Shown here piece by piece: positions 1 through 10,338 of a stretch of 64,000 nucleotides of DNA (positions are counted from its first letter, which is position 1; the number at the start of each line of letters is the position of its first letter). The DNA lies in assembly GCA_009103225.1 (NCBI GenBank), contig RHPI01001428.1, positions 118,487 through 182,486 of the forward strand, in the 5' to 3' direction. Below the pieces are notes generated by a model, which made no database searches, had not been told where the DNA came from, and saw only the letters and a program-made list of their open reading frames with translations. The position numbers were made by a program, and so were the translations under genes. Origin of the DNA: Chlorokybus atmophyticus (taxonomy: Eukaryota > Plantae > Mesostigma and Chlorokybus algae).

Positions 1-200
1 TCTTAGGCGCCAATCTCCGCGCCAGCAGCCACGGCACCATTAATGCATTCGAAAATAAGTGCGTGACAATCACACCTAATGTGAGGATGTTATGTATACA
101 ATCGTAACCTAGCACCCTAGTACAAGTTATATATATTAACTAGCATATACTTGTACACCTATGTTGTCATGTGCTTGGGCGCCGAGTGTAGCCACGCCAA
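1..200 (+). repeat. Degenerate fragment of the YR-retrotransposon terminal segment
   Basis: Resembles the reverse complement of ~7780-8000 (e.g. CCTAGCACCCTAGTACA...CTTGGGCGCCGAGTGTAGCCAC vs CCTAGCGCCCTAGTGCA...CTTGGGTGCTGGGCATAGCCAC). Confidence 0.55.
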
Positions 201-1298
201 CTACCGCCATGAGCACCAAGTAAGTGTAGCACTCAATGTTAAAAACTAGTGATGCGCCTAGTGTGTGTGTATTTTGTTGAGCACTAGTGATGCGCCTAGT
301 GTGTGTGTATTTGCCTCCTACATATAAGTGTGCACACACTAAGGACAAGTGCAGCAAGCACGCCAGCTATAGAGACAATGTGCGACCCACTGTATTAAGC
401 AGTATACAGTGTCTTATATACTATGCTACTAAGCACTAGTCAACTCTAGTCAAAGTCAACACTAGTCAACACTAGTCAATGGTCAAAGTCAACGGTCAAA
501 GTCGAAGTTGACCATGGTTGACCATAACTGCCGTAACTGCCGTAACTCCCGTAACTCCCGTAACTCTCGTAACTATAAAGGTTAAGCTGATCGTACCAAC
601 TACATGTAGGCGCCGCCTATACATGTACTTTCAACAACCTATAACATCTAACACTCCAACGCGAGCAGCTTGACCTTGAACTCCAGGTTCATCTCGCAAG
701 CTTACCCACATTAACTTACTCCACTGAACACTCCCACGGATCTGTTGCTCCCACGGACTTGATGCTTGTCTCCATGACACCATCTTTCTCCTCATGCTGC
801 CACCAGGACTACAAGGTTCCAATACTCCTTGTTTCCTCCTCATAGTTGTCGCATCAGGTTCCACCACGCCACGCCTGACCTTGCTCAGGTGGTTTCGAAG
901 ACTCCCTCGATGGCAAACTATACTATAAAGTACAATGAGTTCTCTACCTTAGCAATGCTGTACCAGAGTGTAGGCCGTGCAAGGGTTGATCAGACCCTTC
1001 TACCAAGGAAGCACCCCTCCCATCTCCTGTTAGCTAGCTATACAACCCAGTCCTTGCATGCCAATCAAGTGAAGTGTTCTAACTAGTACCGCACCTGTGT
1101 GCTACCAAAAAACAACTCCACAGCAATGCAACCTCTGGTGTATGCAGCTCAACACCAGCAACCACTCATAGGCTAGCAGTAACTCTCACAGACCTTTGTG
1201 TCTACGACCTCCGTCTGCGCATGTCCTTCACGCGCCCTTGCAGTGGGAGAGGACGGACGAACACCATCCACTGCAACTCCTTGAGGTCCTCACCAATG

Positions 1299-2084
1299 CT
1301 AGAAAGCAATCGCCACCGTGGCGTGCTCCTCCTTGGTTGCCTCATCGTGGATCCTCTTCTGGCACTCGCGAATGAAGTGGCCCTTCATCTTGCAATAGTG
1401 ACACTCTTTGTCACGTGATGGCTTCCCACCACCTGCTTTGCTCCTGCTTCGCGTGTGTTGAGAAGATGAGGCAGAAAATGCAATAGGCTCTCCACCATTC
1501 TCTATCTCCTGAACATCCAACTTGCCTTCCACAGCTAGCAGCTTAGGCACTACATCAGCAAACTTCAAAACCACATCTGAGGACTCCAACACAGTCACTA
1601 GCGTAGCAAAGCTCTTTCCTAAGCCAGCTAAGACTGCCCACATCACCTCCTCTTCCTTCACATCGTGGCCAACTGCTGCAAGGTCTTGCCAAAGCTCCCT
1701 TGCACGCGAGATGTACTTCTGGATTGGCTCTTTGTGCTCCATCTTCAGAAGTGTCAGCTTGCGTCTCAGCTGCAACTTGCGCGAGTTGCTATTGGCCTTG
1801 AAAAGGGTGTCGAAGACCTCCCACGCCTCACGTCCAGTCTTGCAATCCGCAATAAGAGGGAGATGGAAGTCTTTGACGTGCAAGCCTATCAGCGCAAAAG
1901 CTGATTGTGAGTTCTCTATCCAGGTACCAGTGTCACCTGTTCTTGGCCGCAATGATGTGGAGGAGGTGGGATCGACATAACTCCAGAGCTTCTTGCGGAT
2001 CAGCACCAACTTCATCTTCAGCGACCATGAAGCATAGTTGTGCAGATCAAGGGACTCGATGGGCATCCTATCTGTGTCAGCCAT
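1299..2084 (-). CDS. gag: Copia-type Gag, 261 aa (UBN2/Retrotran_gag_2-like region plus CCHC zinc knuckle)
   Basis: NYASWSLKMKLVLIRKKLW, TGREAWEVF, LRRKLTLLKM...IQKYISR, knuckle CHYCKMKGHFIREC. Stop codon about 15 aa after the knuckle. Confidence 0.92.
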   Translation of the reverse strand: MADTDRMPIESLDLHNYASWSLKMKLVLIRKKLWSYVDPTSSTSLRPRTGDTGTWIENSQSAFALIGLHVKDFHLPLIADCKTGREAWEVFDTLFKANSNSRKLQLRRKLTLLKMEHKEPIQKYISRARELWQDLAAVGHDVKEEEVMWAVLAGLGKSFATLVTVLESSDVVLKFADVVPKLLAVEGKLDVQEIENGGEPIAFSASSSQHTRSRSKAGGGKPSRDKECHYCKMKGHFIRECQKRIHDEATKEEHATVAIAF

Positions 2085-2194
2085 TGCTTGCTACACAATA
2101 GTACAACTCACCCTCTCCCCAAGAACACTCTACTAGTAGGCGCCTATGCTCAACACTTTCTCTCACTAGCACAAGCGATTACACAAGCGAGTGT

Positions 2195-2206
2195 GGGCCC
2201 ATAACC
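2195..2206 (-). promoter_or_regulatory. Primer-binding site (initiator tRNA-Met half-molecule type)
   Basis: Minus strand reads LTR-end TCAACA then GGTTATGGGCCC, the PBS type known from Drosophila copia and Volvox Osser. The same sequence is at 10719-10730 (+). Confidence 0.85.
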
Positions 2207-3528
2207 TGTTGAGCACTAGTGATGCGCCTAGTGTGTGTGTATTTGCCTCCTACATATAAGTGTGCACACACTAAGGACAAGTGCAGCAAGCACGCCAACT
2301 ATAGAGACAATGTGCGACCCACTGTATTAAGCAGTATACAGTGTCTTATATACTATGCTACTAAGCACTAGTCAACTCTAGTCAAAGTCAACACTAGTCA
2401 ACACTAGTCAATGGTCAAAGTCAACGGTCAAAGTCGAAGTTGACCATGGTTGACCATAACTGCCGTAACTGCCGTAACTCCCGTAACTCCCGTAACTCTC
2501 GTAACTATAAAGGTTAAGCTGATCGTACCAACTACATGTAGGCGCCGCCTATACATGTACTTTCAACAAGCTATAACATCTAACATATTTGCCTCTTATA
2601 TACAAGTGTGCACACACACACCAAGGACAAGTGCAGCAAGCACGCCAACTATAGAAACGATGTGCGACCCATTGTATTAAGCAGTATATAGTGTCTTATA
2701 TACTATGCTACTAAGCACTAGTCAACTCTAGTCAACATTGATCAAAGTCGACACTAGGCAACACTAGTGAATGGTCAAAGTCAAAGTTGATCATGGTTGA
2801 CCGTAACTGCCGTAACTCCCGTAACTCTCGTAACTCCCGTAACTATAAAGGTTAAGAATGTTGAGAACTACTCATAGTAGCACGATACCGATACGGTACC
2901 TGATACGTTTGGGGTTAGGTACGGGTATTAATACGGCATAAAATTTTAGCAAAACGGCTGATACGCCCATTGAACAGTACATGTTATGCAATGTGCGTAT
3001 CATATGCATATCATCTTGCAGCCAATGTAGCAACAACAACTTAACATGTGATCATTAACACAATTCGTATCACACAATGTCTGATACACAACACTCTATT
3101 GCAACTCCGTTTAAAAAGGTAAGATGTCATCATCATCCACCTCTGAAGCACTGCTATCGCTATCATCATCTGACTCCTCAAAAGATGCTGGGTCCCATGC
3201 GGCAAACTGCTCCTCATATTCTATATTACTGATGAGCTCAAGCAAGCGCACATTACTGAAAACCCAAACCAAATTGCGTGCTCGTGATGTGCGCAGCTTG
3301 TTACGCTCATTGTTGTGAATGAAGTCGTATGTAACTCACACATGTGTTATATGCGACACACAGCTCATGCTGGGGGGTCGCTATGGGTCAATAGATCTAG
3401 TCGCTTGAAACCCTAGCGCGGCGGCGCCATCCTTGGCGAGGGTGGCGAGGGTGGTTAGGAGGAAGAATAGGCGGTCGACCTCCATGACCACCACACGGTC
3501 ATAAAGTGCCCGTGGCGATGGAGAGGAC

Positions 3529-4977
3529 GTGGAAGCCATGGCCAAGGCGGCTAGGCTTGCCGCCAATAGGTTGGCGCGGGCTACAAGTCCGCGTCGCCAC
3601 ACCTTGAGTGAGGAGGAGGAGAGAAGAGCGGTGAGTGAGGAGAGACGGGTGCGCCCCCCCGTGGACGTGGGAGAAGAGGAGGTGAACAAGGAGGGTGATG
3701 GTGACAATGATGAGGATGAGGATGATGAGGACCCGCCCGTCGTTACTTACAAGCGTAAAAAGAGGGAGGCAAGCCCGCTCTCCAACACTTCCACCCCGTC
3801 CATGACACCCACGGAGGCCATGGCGAGGAGGTTGGAGGAGTTGGAGGCGGAAAACATGCGTCTTAGGCGTGAGAAGGCGCCCGTCATCCCTCATGATGAG
3901 CCCGTTGCGGAGCCCAACCACCCGCTACTCGTGAGCATCCTTCGCCGCGACAAAGGCGACTCCACTACACCGAATGCTCGTGCGGAGGCATTGGCCATTC
4001 GCTTTAGCGATCCCGCGGTCCCTTGGAAGGAGAACATGAAGAAGCGGGCTCGGCAACACATCGACGTGGCGGCTTACATTGCCTCGGCGGCGGCCTCCTT
4101 CGACCGTGTGCCCTCTCACCTCGCCGAGGATCCCCACTTCGCCAAAGGACGCAAAGACAACATGAAAGGTGGGCTCATTCTTTGTTGAGCATGGCCATTT
4201 GCACGAGCACACATGTAGGACACGCTTGAGGGTGCGGACTTCACTCATGCGAACATGCACATGCGTGCATTATCGGCCTTATGAAGGTGCGGGCTTGTCG
4301 TCTACATAGAGGCATCTATATAAATACATTGTTCCGCATCCCTCCTCCCCCCGTGTCCGGTAGGGGGGGGAGGGCCCGCACTTAACACCTTTGCATGTCC
4401 ACCTCTGTATTCACATTATGACTATTCATAGCAAGGTAAAAGGCACAACAGGTTTGCCATTACATTTGCATGTGGGAGATGGTGATGTCAATGCGGGTGC
4501 GCCTGGCGTTAAACCCAATGGCTCTGAGCCTATGCATGAATGGCCGCAACCAGTGTTGCTTACATGTGCTCTGTGCACCAGCATTGGACGAGGTGTGCAC
4601 GCAGTTCCACCATGTGGAAGTGGCCAACAAGCATAGTTGGAAAGTGGTGGAGGAGCTCACGAGAGACCCTCTAGCTACGGACGATGCAAAGGCAAAGCGC
4701 CTTAAAAAGGCAATCAAGGAGGCAGCTGCGGCGCAGCCCAAGCCCAAGGCGAAGGCGGCCTACACTCCCAACAAGGGGCGGGGACAGTACCCCCCCCCGC
4801 TACTCTGGATCTTATGCATCTGGTGCGGGGCATACCAGTTACAAGACCGCGCCTATGCAGTCTCAGGTCGCATCTACGGGGGGCCAGCGCGATGCCCGCA
4901 CCTGTTACAACTGTGGGGAGACAGGGCACTTGCGTGCCTATTGCCGTAAGCCCTCAGCAGGGCGTGGCGGCAACTGA
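3529..4977 (+). pseudogene. Gag-like ORF1 of the YR element with C-terminal zinc knuckle (disrupted)
   Basis: Acidic/basic N-terminus, HVEVANKHSWKVVEEL...AKRLKKAIK, knuckle CYNCGETGHLRAYC near 4900. Stops/frameshifts between 4188 and 4470. Confidence 0.75.
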
Positions 4978-5438
4978 TTTAGTAGCGCAGCTCTGTAGCT
5001 GTTGTGACAGCCTAGTAGCTGTACACTTGCACTGTTGATGCTATAGCCCGGTGGGGCACTTTTCTGTGTTCGCAACTGCTGCTTTAGTGAATCAAATTGC
5101 GAGCTAGATGAATGAAAGTGTTGAATTTGTGATCCATTATTTACAAAACCGCAATCTTGCTTGTAACTTTTGCTGGGGGTCTCGACACGTTATGACCATT
5201 ACAATGAGGCCAATAGCGTTGTGCTGAGCAAAACAGAACCCAATTTGGACACTGTTTGCACTAGTTGTGGCCATTTTGCGGTCGTCGTGCCGTTGAGGCT
5301 CTGGCTGAGCTCCGTTGTTGAGGACACTTCGTGGTCATGTGCAGTAGCCTACACTAGCACAGAGGAGGACCTTGTTTACGACTGGATGAAGCATCATGAG
5401 TTTGCTCGCGTCCCTGCCAACCTCATTAAGGGCCTTAC

Positions 5439-6880
5439 ATGCGTCATCGACGACGTGATGCCCTGCCAGCATGGTGTGAATTCTGTGAGTCTACTATGGT
5501 GCTCTCATGGGTGGAGTACGGGTACAAGCTACCATGGGCGGATGACCCACCCCCCGAATGGGCATTCACCAACCACAAGGGTGTGCATGAGTTTGCGGAC
5601 TTTACCGCGGCTGCCATCGCCAACCTAGTGCATAGTGGGGCCGCACAAGAGTGTGTGACACCCCCCCTCGTGGTGAGCCCACTCAACGTGGTCGATGATG
5701 GCCGCAAGTTGCGCCTCATCATGGACTTGCGCTATGTCAACTCCTATATGGTGAACACGCCATTCAAGTATGCGGATGTACGCAGCATCCCGGACTTGCT
5801 GCAACCTGAGGACTGATTGTTCTCTACGGACTTGAAGTCCGGCTATCATCATGTGGACATCCACCCCGCCTTTTGGGGCTACTTGGGGTTCTCATTTGCG
5901 AGCAAAGTGTTCAACTTATGCTCGTTGCCATTTGGGTTGAGCACGGCTTGCTGCGTGTTCACAAAAATTATGAAGCAATTGGTGCGCCGTTGGCGTGTGC
6001 AGGGCATTCGCGTATTGCCATACATCAACGACTTCCTATTTGCTACTCGCTCCAAGGCAGAGCATGCCTCCACCTTGTCCATTGTGCAAGCAGATGCCAC
6101 ATGGTGCGGGCTGGTGATTAATACAAAGGCGCAGATCGTGCTAAGCAGAGTCATCATCTTCCTCGGCTTTGTGTGGGATACACACGCTGGCACTGTTCGT
6201 ATCCCGGGCAAGAAGCGCGATGGTTTGCTTAGAGACTTGCAACGCGCATTTGGTGACAGGCGCCATGTATCAGTGAAGTTGCTGGCCCGCATCTGTGGCA
6301 AGCTGCAAACTATGTTCATGGTGTTGGGCACTGCCGTCAAACTCACGACTTGGCATACACGCCGCTTGATTGAGACCCGCCGCTCATGGAGCTCTCACAT
6401 AGTGCTATGCCAACCTGAGATCCCAAAGTTATCGTGGCTGAGAGACCACTTTAAGGAGCTTAACATGGCACCCATGTGGCCTACTGTGCAGCCGGACATA
6501 GTGCAATCTGTGGATGCTAGCGGCACTGGTTGGGAACTAGTGCGCCATGGCACAGCTACCCCCGTGGCGAAGGGCGCAGTTTTCACCGGATGAGTGCTTG
6601 ACTTCATCAACACATCGCGAGTTATTGGGACTTGAGCGTGCCTTGCTCACTGTTGAGGAGGAGCTACATGGACGCACGGTGCTGTGCTATGGCGATGCCC
6701 GCAATGTGTACTACATTATGCGCAATGGGGGTAGTGAGGCCGAACACTTGCAGCAAGTGGCATGCCGTATTTTCTTACATTGCCACCGGTATTGCATCCG
6801 CTTGCATGTGGAGTGGTTACCACGTGAACTCAATGAGGAGGCGGACGCGCTCTCCAAAGCACCAGATTGGAACGGTTGGA
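5439..6880 (+). pseudogene. DIRS-type reverse transcriptase plus RNase H
   Basis: KLRLIMDLRYVN, STDLKSGYHHV, LPFGLST, YINDFL, FLGFVWDT, then VDASGTGW, SSTHRELLGL, YGDARNV, WLPRELNEEADALSK. TGA at 5814-5816 where copy 2 has Trp; frameshift near 6590. Confidence 0.92.
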
Positions 6881-6899
6881 CCTTGCAAACCCCATGGGT

Positions 6900-7320
6900 T
6901 CGCTTGCTCGCTCGCAAGTGGGGCCCCTTTGGTGTGGACCGCTTTGCCACGGATGCCAACACAGTGTGTGTGGCCTTCAACTCGGTGTTACCATGTCCGG
7001 GCTCATCCGGCAATGCCTTTCATGCTGACTGAAGTGGTTGCAACAACTGGTGCCATCCCCCACCACACCGGGTTGGCACTGTTCTGCGTCATGCCGCGAA
7101 TGTAAGGCTCGCATGTGCCTTATTGTACCTGAATGGACAACCCAAACTTGGTGGCCCGTGCTCTACCCTGGCGGCGTGTGGGCACCATTTGTCACAGACG
7201 TTGTGAGCCTGCCCGGAGGCCCAGCTTGCTTGTGGCCCAGCCCGCAAGTCACGGAACTTCAAGGGGGCTTGCCCAACAGTCGTATGTGGGCATTGCGAAT
7301 TGACTTGCGTCCTGACCATT
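6900..7320 (+). pseudogene. DIRS-associated DNA N6-adenine methyltransferase-like domain
   Basis: VDRFATDANT..FNS, NNWCHP, LIVPEWTTQTWWP, located directly after RNase H as is known for DIRS-group elements. Confidence 0.8.
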
Positions 7321-7439
7321 GACAAGTGCTGTATACAGCTTCTATTGAGCGAAGCTTACAGTCGCTCATGCCCAACGTCCCCGGAGACCACGAGATTGAG
7401 CGCCTGCGCACCTTTTACCCTGCAGTGGCAGCGGCGTCA

Positions 7440-7755
7440 CGTGCTACCAGCATCCTGCGGGCTATGAGGGCTACTGGCGTCGCTTTGTGGAGTTCTGCAC
7501 GCCTCGTGGTTGGGCTGCCCTGCCAGCAGACCCTGGCACAGTGGCCCGGTTCTTGACCAAGATGTTGGTGGATTCAACCACCCCAGCACCTGTGAAACAT
7601 GCCTTCTCGGCCATACATGCTGCGCATGCCATGGCAGGCCAGGCCTCTCCCACTGCGCATGCACTCGTTGCGGTGGTTCGAGAGGCCGCTGCCAGGCTGC
7701 TGCCCTTGAACACACAGAGAAGAAGGACGCCTACACGCCTGAGCTCTTGCGAGCT
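7440..7755 (+). pseudogene. N-terminal part of tyrosine recombinase (truncated)
   Basis: FCTPRGWAALPADPGTVARFL...VKHAFSAIHAAH...SPT..ALV; homologous to 34600-34860, which continues further (LLRFAG...YPRSKTGQ). Confidence 0.75.
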
Positions 7756-8016
7756 GGGGGGTCGCTATGGGTCAATAGCACGGTGGCTATGCCCAGCACC
7801 CAAGTGCATTGCAATACAAATGTACAAGTGTACAGACATAGGCTGATCTATACACAAATCTGCACTAGGGCGCTAGGCTACAACTACAGGAACTACTTCT
7901 TCACGCCAGGTGCGAAAGTCACGCGCTTCGTCGGTCTTCGACTCGTTGATGGCGCCAGTGCTGCCGACGTTGAGGTTGAAGCTTGAGAAGCCTGTACACC
8001 TGCAAAGTATACCACA

Positions 8017-8069
8017 CTCGCCACCCTCGCCAAGGATGGCGCCGCCGCGCTAGGGTTTCAAGCGACTAG
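8017..8069 (-). repeat. 53-bp perfect inverted repeat of 3397-3449
   Basis: CTAGTCGCTTGAAACCCTAGCGCGGCGGCGCCATCCTTGGCGAGGGTGGCGAG at 3397-3449; its exact reverse complement is here. Confidence 0.95.
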
Positions 8070-9399
8070 GTAAGGAGCTTGTGACTCACAACTCGCATCT
8101 GGTGAGTACTTGTGCCCCCAAGTGCCCAAGGCACTAGGGGCACAAGAGTCTCATAACTCGTTAACGAGTTCTTGAGTTTAGGGGCGCGCATTTCATGCGC
8201 TTCATGAACTCATATGCTCCAGTTCCGCTCGCATGATGATGCCACAGTGACTTGAGCAAGGACGCGCACCGCAACGCGTTGTAGTTCTGGTGTATTGCCT
8301 CTAATCCTGAAGCCACCACTGATGCGCAGACATGTTGCTGGCGGAAGCCTTAGCTATATCACGTCCAAACAATCCGTGACAACTACGATACTGCGACAGC
8401 TGCAGGGCGAGTTGCGCTTGGCTATCTGCAGTAGGCAACAACTTCTCCAAAGTGTTAAAGAAGCCAGACATGACATCAGCGTTCTCATGCTGATCCATAA
8501 GCCGAAACTCAGGATCCAACACAAACCCAGCACACAATAAATCTGTCTTCATCATATTCCAACATGCATCGAAGCGGTCCAGGACTGCTTCCAGCAACGT
8601 CGTTGGTAGCACCGCAGCTTGCAGGGTCTCGCGGGCGCTGCTCATGCGCTGGTACAGCTTGCCTACATGCACACAATGATGTCAACGTTGTGTACTTATG
8701 CATACACAATTGCAGCATGTGTAATGTACTCACTCGTGGTTGGGTGATTGCCGTCGGTCAGGCGCAGCACTTTGATTAGCTGCTCAAGAGCTGCAATAAC
8801 CTGCCCAACTTGCTTCCAAAAATGTGAGGACAAAGCTATCTCTCTAGCTAACTCAGCACCTCGCCGATGTTCGCCGTGCTGTGCTGCCCATGATGACCAT
8901 GCGTCGTCGACCACAGTCTTTGCCAAGTCGGCCTTCACCTCTAAAAGCCGTTGCAGCATGATGAAGGCGGAAGCGAAGCGCGTCTCACCAGGCTTGAGCA
9001 GCGTCTTTGTTGTCTTAGACCTGCACATCAGCATGCAACCAAGTAAGTCAAACAAAACACTCAATTACACAAGCAGACGGGCTGCCTCAAGCTACATACA
9101 ACTCACCTGAATATGGCCAGACTCTTGTGATGGTTTGAGATGAAGTTGACAAGGAACTTTCCTTTCTTGATGCTTGTTGCAAAAAAGGGCATCTTGCCGA
9201 TGTCTTCAAGCAGCAAGTCTAGGACATGAGCTGCGCAAGGGCTCCAGCTCACATGCTTGTACTGCCTTATAATGATGGCGCCAGCCGAGACACATGCACT
9301 GGCACTATTAGTGACGACTTGCACGACAGTTTCTGCACCCACCTGCACAAACAAACACATTAGGAGACGCACATGCAGCGCTAACTTACACACGCACAC

Positions 9400-9905
9400 A
9401 CATGCAGCAAAAACACACACGCACACGCATGCAGCAACAACACCAATGCACACATGCAGCAAAATGCAGCCAGTACACACGCACACATGCAGCCCTAACA
9501 TACGCCCACACACGTGCAGCAAAATGCAGCCAATGACACACACCCATGCAGCAACATACACCCACACACGTGCAGCAAAATGCAGCCAATAGACACACAC
9601 ATGCAGCCCTAACATACATATACGCAGGTGCAGAAAAATGCAGCAAAAACACACACACATGCAGCCCTAACATACACATATGCGTGCAAGAAAATGCAGC
9701 AAACACACACACACACATGCACCCCTAACACACACATACGCGTGCAGAAAAATGCAGCAAACACACACACACACATGCACCCCTAACACACACATACGTG
9801 TGCAGAAAAATGCAACAAACACACACACACATGCAGCCCTAACACACGCATACGCGTGCAAAAAAATGCAGCAAAAACACACACACAAATAGCAAAAACA
9901 CACGC
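9400..9905. repeat. ~58-60-bp minisatellite, about 8 imperfect units, in a probable hAT intron
   Basis: Unit resembles GCAGCCCTAACACACACATACGCGTGCAGAAAAATGCAGCAAACACACACACACACAT, lying between two transposase-coding blocks. Confidence 0.85.
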
Positions 9906-10338
9906 GCATGCATTAGGACTGGACGGATTAACTCACCAACTTAATGGCGTTGGCAATCTGCCTGGCTATGTACGCTGCCGACTTAGTTTCTACTTCGGTG
10001 TTTACGGTGTCCCAAATCACTGCTCCGTCAGGCGACACTTGCAACAAATTCAGCAATGGCCTACTATTCACATCAGTCCATCCATCACTAGTTATTGTAC
10101 AGCCAGTCTTGCGCACATTGTTCCTGAATTCTATCAGCTTGTCATCAATGTCAGTCTTCACCCTCTTAAGCAAGGTTGTGCGCAGTGCATTGTATGACGG
10201 TACTGTGTAAGAAGGTCCAAATCTAGCAACAGCCGCCACCGGCCAGCATCGGGCTTGAATCTGATGTTTATATTAAAAAAGATGTAGACTTCAAGTGTTG
10301 AAGCCTCATGAGAAGCTTTTACCCTCAATAGCAAAGGT

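Larger units (their letters stand above)
275..2585 (-). mobile_element. Intact gag-only Ty1/Copia-type LTR retroelement (TR-GAG-like, non-autonomous), 2311 bp
   Basis: Two 379-bp LTRs (275-653, 2207-2585) with TG...CA ends, differing at only two positions that I could see. 5-bp TSD TATTT (270-274, 2586-2590). PBS GGTTATGGGCCC next to the 5' LTR. Single gag ORF, no pol motifs. Confidence 0.93.
241..2855 (-). repeat. Older LTR of the same family, split by the young element (241-274 and 2586-~2855)
   Basis: ACTAGTGATGCGCCTAGTGTGTGTGTATTT on the left continues as TATTTGCCTC...GTAACTATAAAGGTTAAG on the right of the insertion. Confidence 0.85.
3372..8215 (+). mobile_element. DIRS/PAT-type tyrosine-recombinase retrotransposon, copy 1 (gag-RT-RNase H-methyltransferase-truncated YR)
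   Basis: Domain order typical of YR retrotransposons. Repeat-bounded ends (see findings). Inserted between two consecutive codons of the hAT gene. Confidence 0.9.
3111..10250 (-). pseudogene. hAT-superfamily transposase (DUF659-type region plus C-terminal dimerisation domain), interrupted by the YR element
   Basis: YNALRTTLL...TGCTITSDGWTD (9928-10239), VVQVVTNSASAC...WSPCAAHVLDLLLEDIGK (~9100-9350), LKPGETRFASAFIMLQRL, HQWW...PELQRVAVRVLAQ...SSCERNWS (to 8216), resuming TYDFIHN..RNKL...RARNLVWVFSN at 3332, acidic tail, stop at 3111. In-frame stops are present. Confidence 0.9.

Noticed and set aside
430-580. Short repeat arrays read as a CRISPR array
   Set aside because: Tandem 9-10-bp units with no unique spacers, located inside LTRs; no cas genes; eukaryotic context.
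5439-7755. RT + methyltransferase + recombinase read as a novel prokaryotic defence system
   Set aside because: The RT-RH-MT-YR order is the known layout of DIRS-group retrotransposons.
9103-10197. Cys/Val- and His/Thr-rich ORFs read as metal-binding proteins
   Set aside because: They are translations of the CA/GT minisatellite.
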